Made by a program: the position numbers and the translations under genes. Below, piece by piece: positions 34,351 to 46,352 of a DNA stretch of 64,000 nt. How positions within the stretch are numbered: the stretch's first letter is position 1; each line of letters begins with the position of its first letter. Source of the DNA: Nemertoderma westbladi (taxonomy: Eukaryota > Animalia > Xenacoelomorpha); NCBI GenBank assembly GCA_032718475.1, contig JAUCBJ010000174.1, positions 90,706-154,705 of the forward strand, read 5' to 3'. The notes beneath the pieces are model-generated. The model ran no database searches, was not told the origin of the DNA, and saw only the letters and a list, made by a program, of their open reading frames with translations.

Positions 34351-35109
34351 AAACAATGCACATTCTACTGTAGGAATAGGACTGTATACAATGAGTTATG
34401 GTGTGATATTGTCAAAGGGCTAATTAGAATAAATTACTAATTAAGATAGTTAATGTTGCATTATACAGAATTTGCCACAATTTTATAGCCCGGTAGTATT
34501 GGGGTTATTATGTGACTCATGAAAATAAATCTTAAATACAATACAAATGTTCCACCTTGGTGAAGTGGATGCAATGTATTTACAACTCGAGTGTGGATCA
34601 GGATAGTTTTCGTTAAGGTTTCACCTTGGTGAAGTGGAAGCATTGTATTCACATTTCGAGTACCATTTTTATTGAAACCTATGGGGCATTTTATATTAGC
34701 CGATTTTTCAAAATTTGTAAAGTTTTGAGGGTTTTTATGAAAAATATAGGGATTTAGGAATTAACATTCAAATTGATTACGAAGAAGCAATAGGGGTCAT
34801 TAATGGTATGCTGAGACTCAGAAATTTTCAGGAATTTTAAATTTTTGCCGTCGCTTCGTGGAAAATATAAAAAGTAAACACAAAATAGGATACACAGATT
34901 GTCACAGATTCGATTCCCTACCCCGACCACGGTCATTATGACCCTCCCCGATATTTGTACAACATTTTATAGCCCGGTAGTATTAGGGATAAAGCTACTA
35001 AACTAAAACATAACAAAGTGCAATTATCCTATCTGTTCCAACTCAGTGTCACTACTTTAGATAATATACTATAATAATAGTGATAGCAGATGCTTTTAAT
35101 TTCAATTTT

Positions 35110-36500
35110 TCAATTAATTTTAATGCAAAATACGGCGATCAAGGCAGCAACTTCGAAATGACTATGGTAAAAATGAGATAAATAATATTACTGGACTTTA
35201 CTATGACGGTCGAAACGATAAAACTATTTACGTAGATTCAGAAACTGGTGGGGTTAAATTAAAGACTGAGGGACATGAGGTACTGATAGCTGAACCGAAC
35301 TTTGTGTATCTGGGACATATTGCACCAAGTACTGGAAAGGCTGATGATGTCACTAAATCAATGCTTGAATTCTTCCTGCAAAACAATATAGATTTAACTA
35401 ATCTTAAAGTAATTGGAGCTGATGGAACTAACAGTAATACAGGGCATAAAGGTGGAATCATACATAGAATGGAAAGAAAATTGGGTAGACCATTACAGTG
35501 GAGTATCTGCTTACTTCATGCTAATGAACTCCCATTCAAACATTTATTGGAGGGTTTGGATGGAGAGACAAGTGGGCCATCAAGTTAGACAGGTCCACTC
35601 GCTAAGGCCATGATGTCTGCTGATCTGACTTCACTAGAAGTTGTCCAGTATACCCCTATAGCATCACCAAATATGCCGTCTGTTAGTGCTAATTTTGAGA
35701 AAAGATTATCCACTGATCAAATGTATTTATGTAAGATTGTTTCAGCAATTGGTAGTGGATTTTGTAATGAAAAACTAGCCAAAATGATGCCTGGTAATGT
35801 TACAAATGCTCACTGGCTTACTAAAGCGAATCGACTTTGTCGTTTATATATTAGTACACAGCACCCTAGTAAGACCCTAGTTGATTTAGTCACCTATATA
35901 GTTATGGTATATGCTCCAGTTTGGTTTACCGTAAAGATTAACCACAAAATCACCGACGGGACTCAAAACTACTTCTTATTGATTCGATTGAGTAGATATT
36001 TATCGGATGACCAGAAGAAAATTGTTGATCCTGTAATTCTCAGAAATGCATTCTTCTGTCATTCAGAAAATATATTGTTAGCCATGTTGCTTGATGAGCG
36101 AGCTATAGTTAGAAGCCTTGCGGTACAACGGATTCTACGTTCAAGAAAAAATATTACATCTACTATAATCCGAAAATTCGAAGTACCAAAAATAAACCTC
36201 AATGCAACAGAATCATTGATACTACGAACTCATTGATTGGTGGAAGAACTCAATTACAGAACCACCTCTAACAGTGGGAATTTCAAAAGAAGAATTACAG
36301 GAACTTTTTGAAATCGGAAAATCGCATTACATGAAACAATATCCATGCCATTCTCAGGCCAGGAACGATATGTTCAAACACTAAGCCATGTTTCTAAAAT
36401 AGTTACAGGTACTCAAAGGCAAGACCAAATGGTCCATATACGGTAAAAAGCAAGGTACAACCGTCAAAAATTTGACTCTAAAAAACATTTTAAGATGAAA
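35110..36500 (+). pseudogene. hATm-type transposase pseudogene
   Basis: YYDGRNDKT, GADGTNSNTG, ICLLHANELPFKH, HWLTKANRL, NAFFCHSENILL and YPCHSQA. Homologous to 55117-56645; contains stops and frameshifts. Confidence 0.85.
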
Positions 36501-36679
36501 AAAACGTTCGTAGTGTAAATAATATTGTTTTATGTTGGTATAGTTTTTATAGTTATAGTTTTTTTCAGTCAATATGTTTGTTTATTAGTATAATAACAAT
36601 AATAAAATAATAATAATATACTTTTATTTCGTTCAATGCATGGGGTAAATTTGGCATGAAATTAGGACCTGTCTTTAAA

Positions 36680-38273
36680 CAATCATTCAATGACAGACAG
36701 GATGGTGTTGGTCGACATGAGGCATTATAAACAACTCGTAACTTTGTGCTTTCACATTCCTCACGTAAAATTCCACGATGAGGAATGTGATGTACTTGTG
36801 CACCTTCTGGAAGAGGTTCAGTATAATTGACCTTTTCAATGTACCCTTTGGCAAAATGTTCTTGGAAAACATCGTCATACCTATGAAATAGATCTGATTT
36901 AACATTAATTTTTTTTTCACAAGACTAATTAAGTGTTTATAACAATATGAAAAATTATTGTTTAAATAATTGCGTGATGATTTCCAAGGGAGGCCTATAG
37001 TATACAGGCCATTTTTCATTTCAATGTTATCTATAAATGTACATGGAATATCCTCATATGGTGAATCAGTAATACCAATGCTTTATAATGACCAAAATGC
37101 TTTCATAAGTTGTAAAAGCTGTTCGTCTGAAGTGTAGGTAATATTTGGTTTATCAAATATTGGTTCAGCGCAGGTTAGCATTTCTGTATTTCTGCATTTC
37201 TGTATTTCTGTATATTGTGATTGGATTTCTCGAATGGGGTTTATTGAACCGGATAAAAGCCATCCAAAACTGCTATCTAGGGCAACTACGTCACAATCGG
37301 TGGATCGTAGTATGTTCCCACTTATGAATCGCCAATAATAATCGGCACCTATCAACAGATCTACTGGAAAATTTTGTTTAAAATTACTTTCAAACAATAA
37401 AGGTGGGTCAGCTAAATCAGATGTATCTAAATTCAAGTTCAAGGACCATAATGTAGGAGACGATTTTATCAATAAAGGTTCACATATTTTATTGATAACA
37501 AGTGGCAGTATAGTTGACAAATTTCCATCAAGTAAATGTAAATCTATTTCTATTAAATCTAATGTTTCTGGAACACAATTTCCTTTACATTTATCACCCC
37601 GAAATCCCTGTAAACAAACTAGTTGTTTGCCAACGACTGGCAAATTATTTAGAGTTACAAATTTTTCTGTAACAAATGATTTTGTGCTGCCGGTGTCAAA
37701 AAAGGAATTTACTTGTTTTGATTGGTTTATATCAGTAATGCATGAAATGACTGCTGTTTGCAAAAGGACTATTTCATGTTTATTGTTAACTGCAGGTCGT
37801 GCGAAGTGCATAACGGTGTCTGGAAGGACATCAATATTGTTAGTAGTTGTGTAGTCATCTCCTGGTTGTTGTGTCACCATGGCAACATGTACGGTTTTGG
37901 ATTTAGGGTTTTCCACTACCTTATAACATATTGACGTGTGGTGGCCTGTCTGCTTACAATTATAGCAAGGTTTTTTTCGTGGGCAATTGCTAGCTTGATG
38001 ATCATTTCCAATGCATATGAAGCAACGATTTTGTTTTTGTAATATACTTTTGCGCTCAGGGATGTTACCTATAATGTGACAGTTTGAGGAATAATGGTTT
38101 TGCTTACAGAAAATGCACCGTGGGACCTTTTGTAACTGTGATTGTGGGTTAAATTGCGCTTTTTGATTTTGAGTGGTATTCGATGCTTGAGGTTTTCTAA
38201 CCATTTCAGTGAAGAATGTGGACACTGTGGCCGTGAATGGTTTTTGACCAGGAGTGAATACTTGACGGTTGTT
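36680..38273 (-). mobile_element. BEL/Pao fragment (gag C-terminus, protease, start of RT) from the same family as 32285-34350
   Basis: 37417-38273 is nearly identical to 32285-33144, then continues into LLIGADYYW, FGWLLSG and YTIGLPWK. Confidence 0.9.
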
Positions 38274-38275
38274 GG

Positions 38276-41200
38276 AGTATCACCAGGAGTATTGGAGAAG
38301 GCCTACGCATGTTAGACGAGTTGACCGCTCCGATGTCTCGGTTCGAGTTTTACACCCTACAGGTTAGAGTACAAAGTAAAGTACATAAGTCCGTAGATAA
38401 CCTAATCAGTCTACAAGATCTAGCTAGACAAAGACAGGACGTGGACACTCAGCTTAGAATCCTCGAGAAATTAATAATCGCCAGGGAGAAACTAATTCAG
38501 TTTAAGACGACCGTTAGACAGATACAACAGGAACAAGCGGACCAGTTGCTAGGTGAGTCGGTTTCTGACGAGTTATTACAGCCCGAAGAAGAACAGGAAT
38601 TGTATAGGCTGGATGGACAATTGAAACATCTGACGGATCACTTACGTATGTGCGGCGAAGACGTCAGAGATTGGGAAACCGTGCCGGAAGCTACAAGGGA
38701 AACTTCACCCGCACAAATCGAACTGGCACCGGGAATACTGGATCAATCATTGGTGAGTATTCGCAGCGAAATTGGCGAGGTAAGTATAGTGACGTCAGAA
38801 ATTTCTCGACAGCAACAACAGTTCTTCAGACAACAACGAGAAATGCATTTGGCTACATTTTGTTCAATTTGTATTGATACATGATTCTAACTACAGTCCC
38901 GTACTTATTTTAGAAGCAATTAATACCAAAATATCAAAAAATTATGGAGCCCTTTAGAATTTTGAATTCAAAAATTTCCAACATGTGCGCAAGTGTGTTA
39001 TCTATATTTATAGAATTATATTCTCATAAATGCCGTGGATTTTCAAAATTTTATTTTGTTCGAATTAACTTGCTATAAAGATTACATTAAGTCCTCATTT
39101 GTATTTACTATATCTATTTGTATAACATTGTTTAAGTGGTTCAGTAGCTCAGTCGGTTAAGCGTTAGAAAATCGTGTAGTAGGTATCGAGTTCGAATCCT
39201 AGCAAGTGTGAATTATTTTTTGTGCTAAGTTTCAACTCATTTGAAAGTATAAACTTTGCTCAAAATGTTATTCAGAGACTACAGATTGCATCCCCAGAAA
39301 GGACAAGAGAAATGCAACCGCATAGTACTTCGACTAAGAAACCATTGAGTACGACACTCAATTTCCCTATTAGTATACCAGTTCTACAAGATACGACGTA
39401 TGAAATACCTATTGTGGATCATCCGGAAATCATTTCAAACTTAGAGTTTCTTCCTGCAGTTGTTCTAAGCGATATGGTTAAGATATATGATTTACGTAGA
39501 CATATTACGCAAAAGGTCGTGCATAATGTTCCGCCTCATATTCAAGACTTTAGGGAACTGGATAGAGCTGGTGCTGATATAGCTCCGAGTAACTTAAGAG
39601 GATATCTGACCAGAACAATTCGTTTGTGGATCGGAACAGGAACCTTTGAGTCGGATACAGACATCGCTACGAACTGGCAAGGTAAAATCATTCGCTTCGA
39701 GGACGAGAAGGACATAGAGAAGATTTGGCAACCTTCGGAAGAATTAATGGACGAATGGAACAGAACGTTTAGATCGTTTCAGGAAAATGGTTACATGTTT
39801 TATGACAACGAGGGCGGCAGCCATCAACAGAGTCTGACTTCCAAGACTATACAAATTAGAGTGGCAGACAGAGTTTTGCACGTTTTCAGTAGACAAAGGA
39901 GCGACAAGCGAATGCCGATACCTCCAGGAAATACCAAGCGGCACCATCTTATCACTAATATAGTAAAGAAGATGGACCAAGCCTGCGATATTGATGCTAG
40001 GATGTTACCGAAGATGGTCAGAAATATCATTTTAGATAAAACCATTGTAAAGATTGGATCAGGAGTTAGAGAGGATTTAATTAGCGACTTTGCCGGCATG
40101 TCGGACAGTGACGACCGATTACCGACACCTTACGTCGACACCCGACCTCTTATACTGTGGTCTATAGAACAAGGATATTTCCTGGAGTATGATACTCAGA
40201 AAACCGGAACTGGATACATTTCCTACCTGTTGTTTAATTGGGATTACAAGGAAAGTAAAAGAACAAAGTATATCGAAACGTATGGAGAAGGTGATACTCC
40301 AGATATAAATGAGTTTGAATCACAGCTTAAATGGAGAGGATGCGTATATTGGGCCATCACTTCGCCTCCAAGAGCAGTACTACAATATTATTTAGCGATA
40401 GAGTCATCAGTGAATGTTTGCTTGATCGCCAACATTGTGTCTCGGACTCTAAAACGACATCCACTTTGCCTCGGAGAAGATCATACGTTCTACGCGGAAG
40501 GGAGAATTCATACCGACGTGTTTAGACGATTTCTCGAGACGATTCCTTCTACAATTCCGACGCTCAGTGCAACGCCTTTACTCGAGCAGGATTTAGTATA
40601 TTTTGAGACGTGTATCTTCACTGTGCGGGATCTCTTATCGAAAGACCATCTATGTTTACAATGTTACCTTATGAAGGAGAACGTATCGTGGAGGTTATCG
40701 ACGAATCATGGCAGACGCACGCACCTATCGGTCACTTAGGTGATGATTCCGACTTAACGACGACCATCGATGATCCTCTAGAGGAACTTCTTGAGATTGA
40801 AAGGAACCTCCCGAAGAGATCTCAGACGGAGATTCGTCAACTTGAAGCAACAGATGCTGTAGTTTGCATACAACCTTCTGAAACATACCAACCTATCGAT
40901 CCAGACGATTATGACTATAGTGTGGGAGGAAGCGCTCGGCCCATTGGAGATCTCATATATGAGCGAGTGTGGTACCCTGCCAATACGATGTGTGGTAAAT
41001 GTGGCGTCGCTGGACATCATTTGACGAAATGCAGTGGAAAACACATTACTACGACTCAACTGATTTGTGGATGGTGTGGAGATCAAGGGTCCCATACATT
41101 TTATACTTGCTGGAGATTTATGGCTCAATGCACATATTGCAATATAAAGGGACATCGAGCATCTGAATGCCAACTGCGAGACATACCATACGAACACGAA

Positions 41201-42118
41201 TCTGTAAAATTAGTGCGAAAACTGTTTGATGATTGGGGAGATTTGGCTGACGAACATGTATCGGCGCAAAGAAGACGGTTCCCAATGAGGGCACATCTTG
41301 GATTTTGGGTGGTAAACCCTCAAACTATGATGTCGGAAGGATATATCTCTGCTATGCCACAATATGACGAACTAATCGAGGTAGTCGATATTTTGGCTCA
41401 TGATAGTGGATTCAGAGTTGTGCGCGAATATTTGCTACAGATTCATCCCGATAATAAGAATACATGGAACTTCCAGAAAGTCATCAATCGTATCACATAT
41501 GGTGAATTCGATCGTTTCCGAACAGAAAAGCGGAACAAGGGAGCTTGGTTAACCGTCGCATGGGCGTAGCGAGCCGCATTCTATCACAAACGTATACGAG
41601 CGAGCGTATTCGAGGAAGAGGATATCCTAGAGGCGACCAACATACCAGCTACTCCGGTTGCGCCGTCTGCACGTCACCCTCGGGAGGACGGACAGAATAG
41701 GATTATAAGGGTTCAGAAAGTGAGCCAACAACTAAAGAAAACTATAAATATTGAAGAAAGAAAGGGATCTGAACCGACTATTCGCGTTACTCGGGATACG
41801 GTGTCACTTCCCAGAGAACCGCAAGGAGGATTAGGACACATACCAGTCGATCAAAGGGGGGCGCAAGTTTCTCTTGGGTCTGCGTCGTCCGCTTCCCGCG
41901 CGTTCCCAGACGTTTTGCCAACAGTGGATACAACCAGTCGGTCACGAGGAGTCGGACGAGGATTTGGGATTACTAGAAGGCGAAGTGAGGAAATGGTCGC
42001 ACCGTCTCCCAACGTCTAAGGTAAACCAGTGACTCGCCCCATAAGCCCTGTAGTACGAGCCAAGTCGCCTGTACGCAGTTTTCGAGGACGCGGCCGTGCT
42101 CAATCCACAAAACGATAA
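38276..42118 (+). pseudogene. Large accessory gene: coiled-coil, DnaQ/DEDDy-like 3'-5' exonuclease, three CCHC knuckles, RS/P-rich tail
   Basis: FYDNEG (ExoI), LPKMVRNIILDKTIVKIGSGVREDL (WRN/EXD2-like ExoII), YVDTRPL, W..P....QYYLAIE (ExoIII). Knuckles CGKC..H..C, CGWC..H..C and CTYC..H..C. Frameshift near 40610; in-frame stops at 41567 and 42017; AT-rich insertion at about 38857-39272. Joining 38309-38857 to the rest is an inference. Confidence 0.78.
39009..39245 (+). repeat. 237-bp repeat containing a tRNA-like (A/B box) segment, copy 1
   Basis: Appears identical to 42884-43120; contains TAGCTCAGTCGG and GAGTTCGAATCC. Confidence 0.85.
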
Positions 42119-42172
42119 ATAAAGTGTTATACTTGAAAGGACTAATTATTCCGAACTCGAAAGAACCTATGT

Positions 42173-42190
42173 AAAGGGGGGAGGAAAGAA
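42173..42190 (+). other. Polypurine tract-like run
   Basis: AAAGGGGGGAGGAAAGAA, about 55 bp after the accessory ORF stop, followed by TTG and an AT-rich LTR-like region with TATA (about 43302) and AATAAA (about 43418). Confidence 0.55.
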
Positions 42191-42233
42191 TTGACGGAAG
42201 ACTCGTGAGCCTTTCTTATGATTAAATTTAAAG

Positions 42234-42330
42234 TTTATATTGTTCTAAATTTATGCAATTTATATTGTTCTAAATTTATGCAATTTATATTGTTCTAAAT
42301 TTATGCAATTTATATTGTTCCAAATTTATG
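42234..42330. repeat. 25-bp tandem repeat (about 4 copies)
   Basis: TTTATATTGTTCTAAATTTATGCAA repeated. Confidence 0.85.
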
Positions 42331-42883
42331 TATTTTGTATTGTTCCAATTTTAAGAAATTTAGAAAGTTTTATATTTAGAAAGAATTTAAATTTAGAAAG
42401 ATTTATATTTAGAAAGTGTTATATTTGTAGTCATTCCAAACTTACGCAATTTATTGTTTCGAATATTATGCAATTTATATTTTATAAAGAAGCAGTACTT
42501 GTATTCGCAGTAAATAGAAGGCAAGAGCAGACGGAAGACTTGTGAGCCTTTCTTGTGATTTCATTTGAAATTATTCCGAACTTATGCAATTTGTTTTATA
42601 TTTAAGTGGCATTTGTACTTGTTTGAGTTTATGCAATATTTAAGATGCAATAGATTTATATTTGTGAATTTAATTTAGATTTATATTGTACTTACTTAAG
42701 AAAGCCTTAAATACGTAAAGTTTGAATTTGTAATTAGTTTGTATCGAATTATTATGTAAAAGTATTATTGTTGAGATTTAATTTGTAAATATGTAAGTAC
42801 GTCCCAAGTATTCCATAATTTGATTTAGTATTGGTGAAAACCGTATATTTTATGCACGATAATATCCTGTTTTCATGGAGTGG

Positions 42884-43120
42884 TATAGAATTATATTCTC
42901 ATAAATGCCGTGGATTTTCAAAATTTTATTTTGTTCGAATTAACTTGCTATAAAGATTACATTAAGTCCTCATTTGTATTTACTATATCTATTTGTATAA
43001 CATTGTTTAAGTGGTTCAGTAGCTCAGTCGGTTAAGCGTTAGAAAATCGTGTAGTAGGTATCGAGTTCGAATCCTAGCAAGTGTGAATTATTTTTTGTGC
43101 TAAGTTTCAACTCATTTGAA
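42884..43120 (+). repeat. 237-bp tRNA-like repeat, copy 2
   Basis: Appears identical to 39009-39245. Confidence 0.85.
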
Positions 43121-45999
43121 TTGACCGCTACGATTTAATTGTATCTGCTTAAGGTAGATTAACCAATGCGATTGCAGTTATTAGATAGCAACCAATGTCG
43201 TGCAAGATACGTGTTTGCTGGACCAATGATTATCTTTAAAAACCTAGTAGAACTCATAGAACAATCTAGATTTATCTAGATTGTTAGCAGCACAAATTTG
43301 CTATAAAAGGTGCGATTTTGTTCATTAGTTATCTTCTTGTTAAACTTCACTTCTAATCACATTCACTTCTTACTACGTCTTGTTACATTTATTGTATATT
43401 AGTTATTGTTTATTTGTAATAAAGTTAGAAAGTATTTGTTACATCTGCTTTTACTATGTTTCACCACGGTGAACACAACTGAGAGACAGATGGCAGGCTA
43501 GACATCGGATCGCGGCAATAGACGGGAACATCGGAGGAATGTAGGTAGGAGACAACCCGCAATACCCATTCTTAGTTATTCGCCCATCGCCTGAAAGGTT
43601 AGACAGCGTTCAATGCCTCGTTACCTAAGCGTAAGACCTAAGATCGAAGGTAGAGGTACTGACACGCTGTGCGCTAAAAATTACATTTAGGGACTGTACT
43701 GTCTTAATTCAGAAAAACCCGCAGTAGACCTTCACATTCCTACAGGGGAGAGGAGGAGATCAGGCAGAGAGATACTAGTACACAGATAGGACACAGGCAC
43801 ACCAGTACAAGGCATGCACATTAGTAGGGTACAGTAAGCTGTACGCCTAACTCATTTGCCAGGTATAGGTGCGTTGGTGGCTGTTTGTAGTACAACGGTG
43901 TCCATTTGTGTTAGAACTTGTAGGCCAAGAAGGGTTTACCTGAATTGGGATTGTACCGTTCAGGCGGTAGGGCAGTTTACTGCTAGGCGCATATAAATTG
44001 AGGCTATTAGGGATACTAACATCTACCGTGTCCCCGCCGACATTCTGATAGGAAGTTGCCGTGCCCACCTAGGCAACCAAAATTCTAGATAGGACGCCAG
44101 GCTAGCTATTTTGTAACTGTACGCCTACTGTAGTAAACTAACACATTTCTTCTTAGTATTAGGGACCTGGTAAATTAAATTGCCGAATTCTGGGCGTAGT
44201 ATAAACCTTATGCCTGAATTTGAGTCCTGGAAATACACAAAAGGGGAAGGAGCCTTATCATTCGTGAGTATTGGACCTACAAGCTATAAAATTAGAATAT
44301 TTTTAAAATGTACACCGGACCCAGTAATTATATATGTGAAGGATCTAAAACTGATTTTGACTGTTAGAATCAAGACACACACGCGTTAGGAATTATTTAC
44401 ACCTCAAAATATATAAAATAATTTTTGTCTGTACTGCACTTTGCCCGCTAGTTAGACATCTAGCTAGCGCCTCTATCTCTCACCCTCATATAAATCACAC
44501 CGCGGCAAAGTATACGAGCGCCCTTAGTCCGTCAGTGAGTCAGCCCGATTTTAGGATTCGCTGCGCGGGATTTTGTTTTATCGAAGTTTGTCCGTTCATA
44601 GACTGTCTTCTGCCTCACCGGTTATAAGAGACCGATACTGCAATAGATTTGCTTACTTAGAGTTTACTGTTTTGGTGAGAAGGTCGGATTACGTTTTGAT
44701 TCACAGACTTTACAGTAGGATATTGCAGGGTACTTTGTTACTGTCTCTTCGAATAATATTGTATGTGATTATTTGTTATTATTGCGTTTACAGGTAATAC
44801 TAACACCTGATCATGTGCTAGTTAACACGTATTAGCTAATAACAAATGCGCACATGTATTACGTGCGCACTACGCACTAAATTATTAAGGACGTACGATA
44901 CGCCTTGGCTATTATTTGATATATTTTGCGTGTTTTTTGTAAAAATTCGGACTTATGGTGTTTTGCCAAATTGAGGATACCTTGTTTTCTAGGCAATACC
45001 CCGCAACTATCGTATAGTTACGGGATAATACCAGAAAATGGTGTTCCCCCTTGGTTGAAGCGAACAGCCCTAGTACTATTGCGATAGCACCAATGGCGGT
45101 ATGTCCGCCAAAGGAGATATCTCTTCATTCAGAAGAAGTCTCGGGATTTAACATAAATATCCCACAATTACAACTGGAAGGGGTAAGTTCAACAACGAAG
45201 TAGTTTAGTTAATTATAGTATTACATTTGGTATATAATCGTTATTTTATCATATGTATTAAGATAAAGGAGGAAAACTGGACGCAATAGAAATTCATCCC
45301 TCACCAGGGGAAATTGGACGCAAATAACAGATGATTACTCTCAAAAATAAAAATGTTACCTGTTCTATTGAGTTTAGTTTATTGTTTTGGTTAAAATAAT
45401 ATGCCACAGTAACCTGCCCCTTTCCCTACATTGAGAACTTAACATTGATGCGGGATATTAATCCAATTAGTCAGTCGGTCATGCCCTATCGAAATGATTT
45501 AGTAAAACATGACATGTATAATTTTAATAAATAATGATCCTTCAATCCTTCCCATTCCAGAATCCAATAATCCCCGTGCGTTAAAGAAAAACTTTTGGAA
45601 AATTAAATGATTGTCTTCAATTTCCTATTATTAAAACTACATTATATATATTCGGGAGTAATAATATTAGGACTAAATACTTATTTCTTCAATTAAAATA
45701 TCGAGAATTGAATGATATTTTTTGTAATTAACTTATTATTTATCTACAGTACATTATCATAATATTGCATTATGAGTCACTACTATATTACTATACAGTA
45801 GGCATATTACCATATTACGATATTTACATGCAGAACCTGTTTCTCATTGTTATTTAATACAGAATAACATTTTTAATGTGAATTTGAATTTCCCGCTGTC
45901 CCTCTGCAGTGATTTTATTATTATCAATACCATTGTATGATGCATTTGTTCTTATTATTGATATTGATTATATTGAATGTGAGAATCTTTTAGGCTAAT

Positions 46000-46232
46000 T
46001 AAGCCAAGGAATGCCTGTTCACCACCATGGGTGATCTTACATAGTAAATCCTTCTACTCTGTTTCCCAAGTTGCCTTGGTTCCCATTTATCGACCACTGA
46101 AGGATGAAAGCCGGGGTTGGGCTAGGCTGCAGCATTTAAAGCACTGCGCCCAAACAGTGCTGCCCCATCTAGGGATCGAATCAGGGCTCCCTAATTGGAA
46201 GCCCAGGAATGTCACCACTAGACCAAGCAGCA
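46000..46232 (-). mobile_element. tRNA-derived SINE with a conserved central (Deu/Nin-like) domain
   Basis: On the minus strand: A box TGGTCTAGTGG, B box GATTCGATCCC, then GCTTTCATCCTTCAGTGGTCGATAAATGGGAACC. The domain name is from recall. Confidence 0.65.
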
Positions 46233-46352
46233 TTATTATATTACATTGTTTATATTGACATTTATATATTACGTTGTGTATTATATGATGGCCTTATGAG
46301 GGACCTACACTTAGTCTAGTATTTACTGTATTGTTACTAATTTTAATTGTAG

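Noticed and set aside
39136-39207. Functional tRNA gene (also at about 43011-43082)
   Set aside because: A and B boxes are present, but the acceptor and anticodon stems do not pair.
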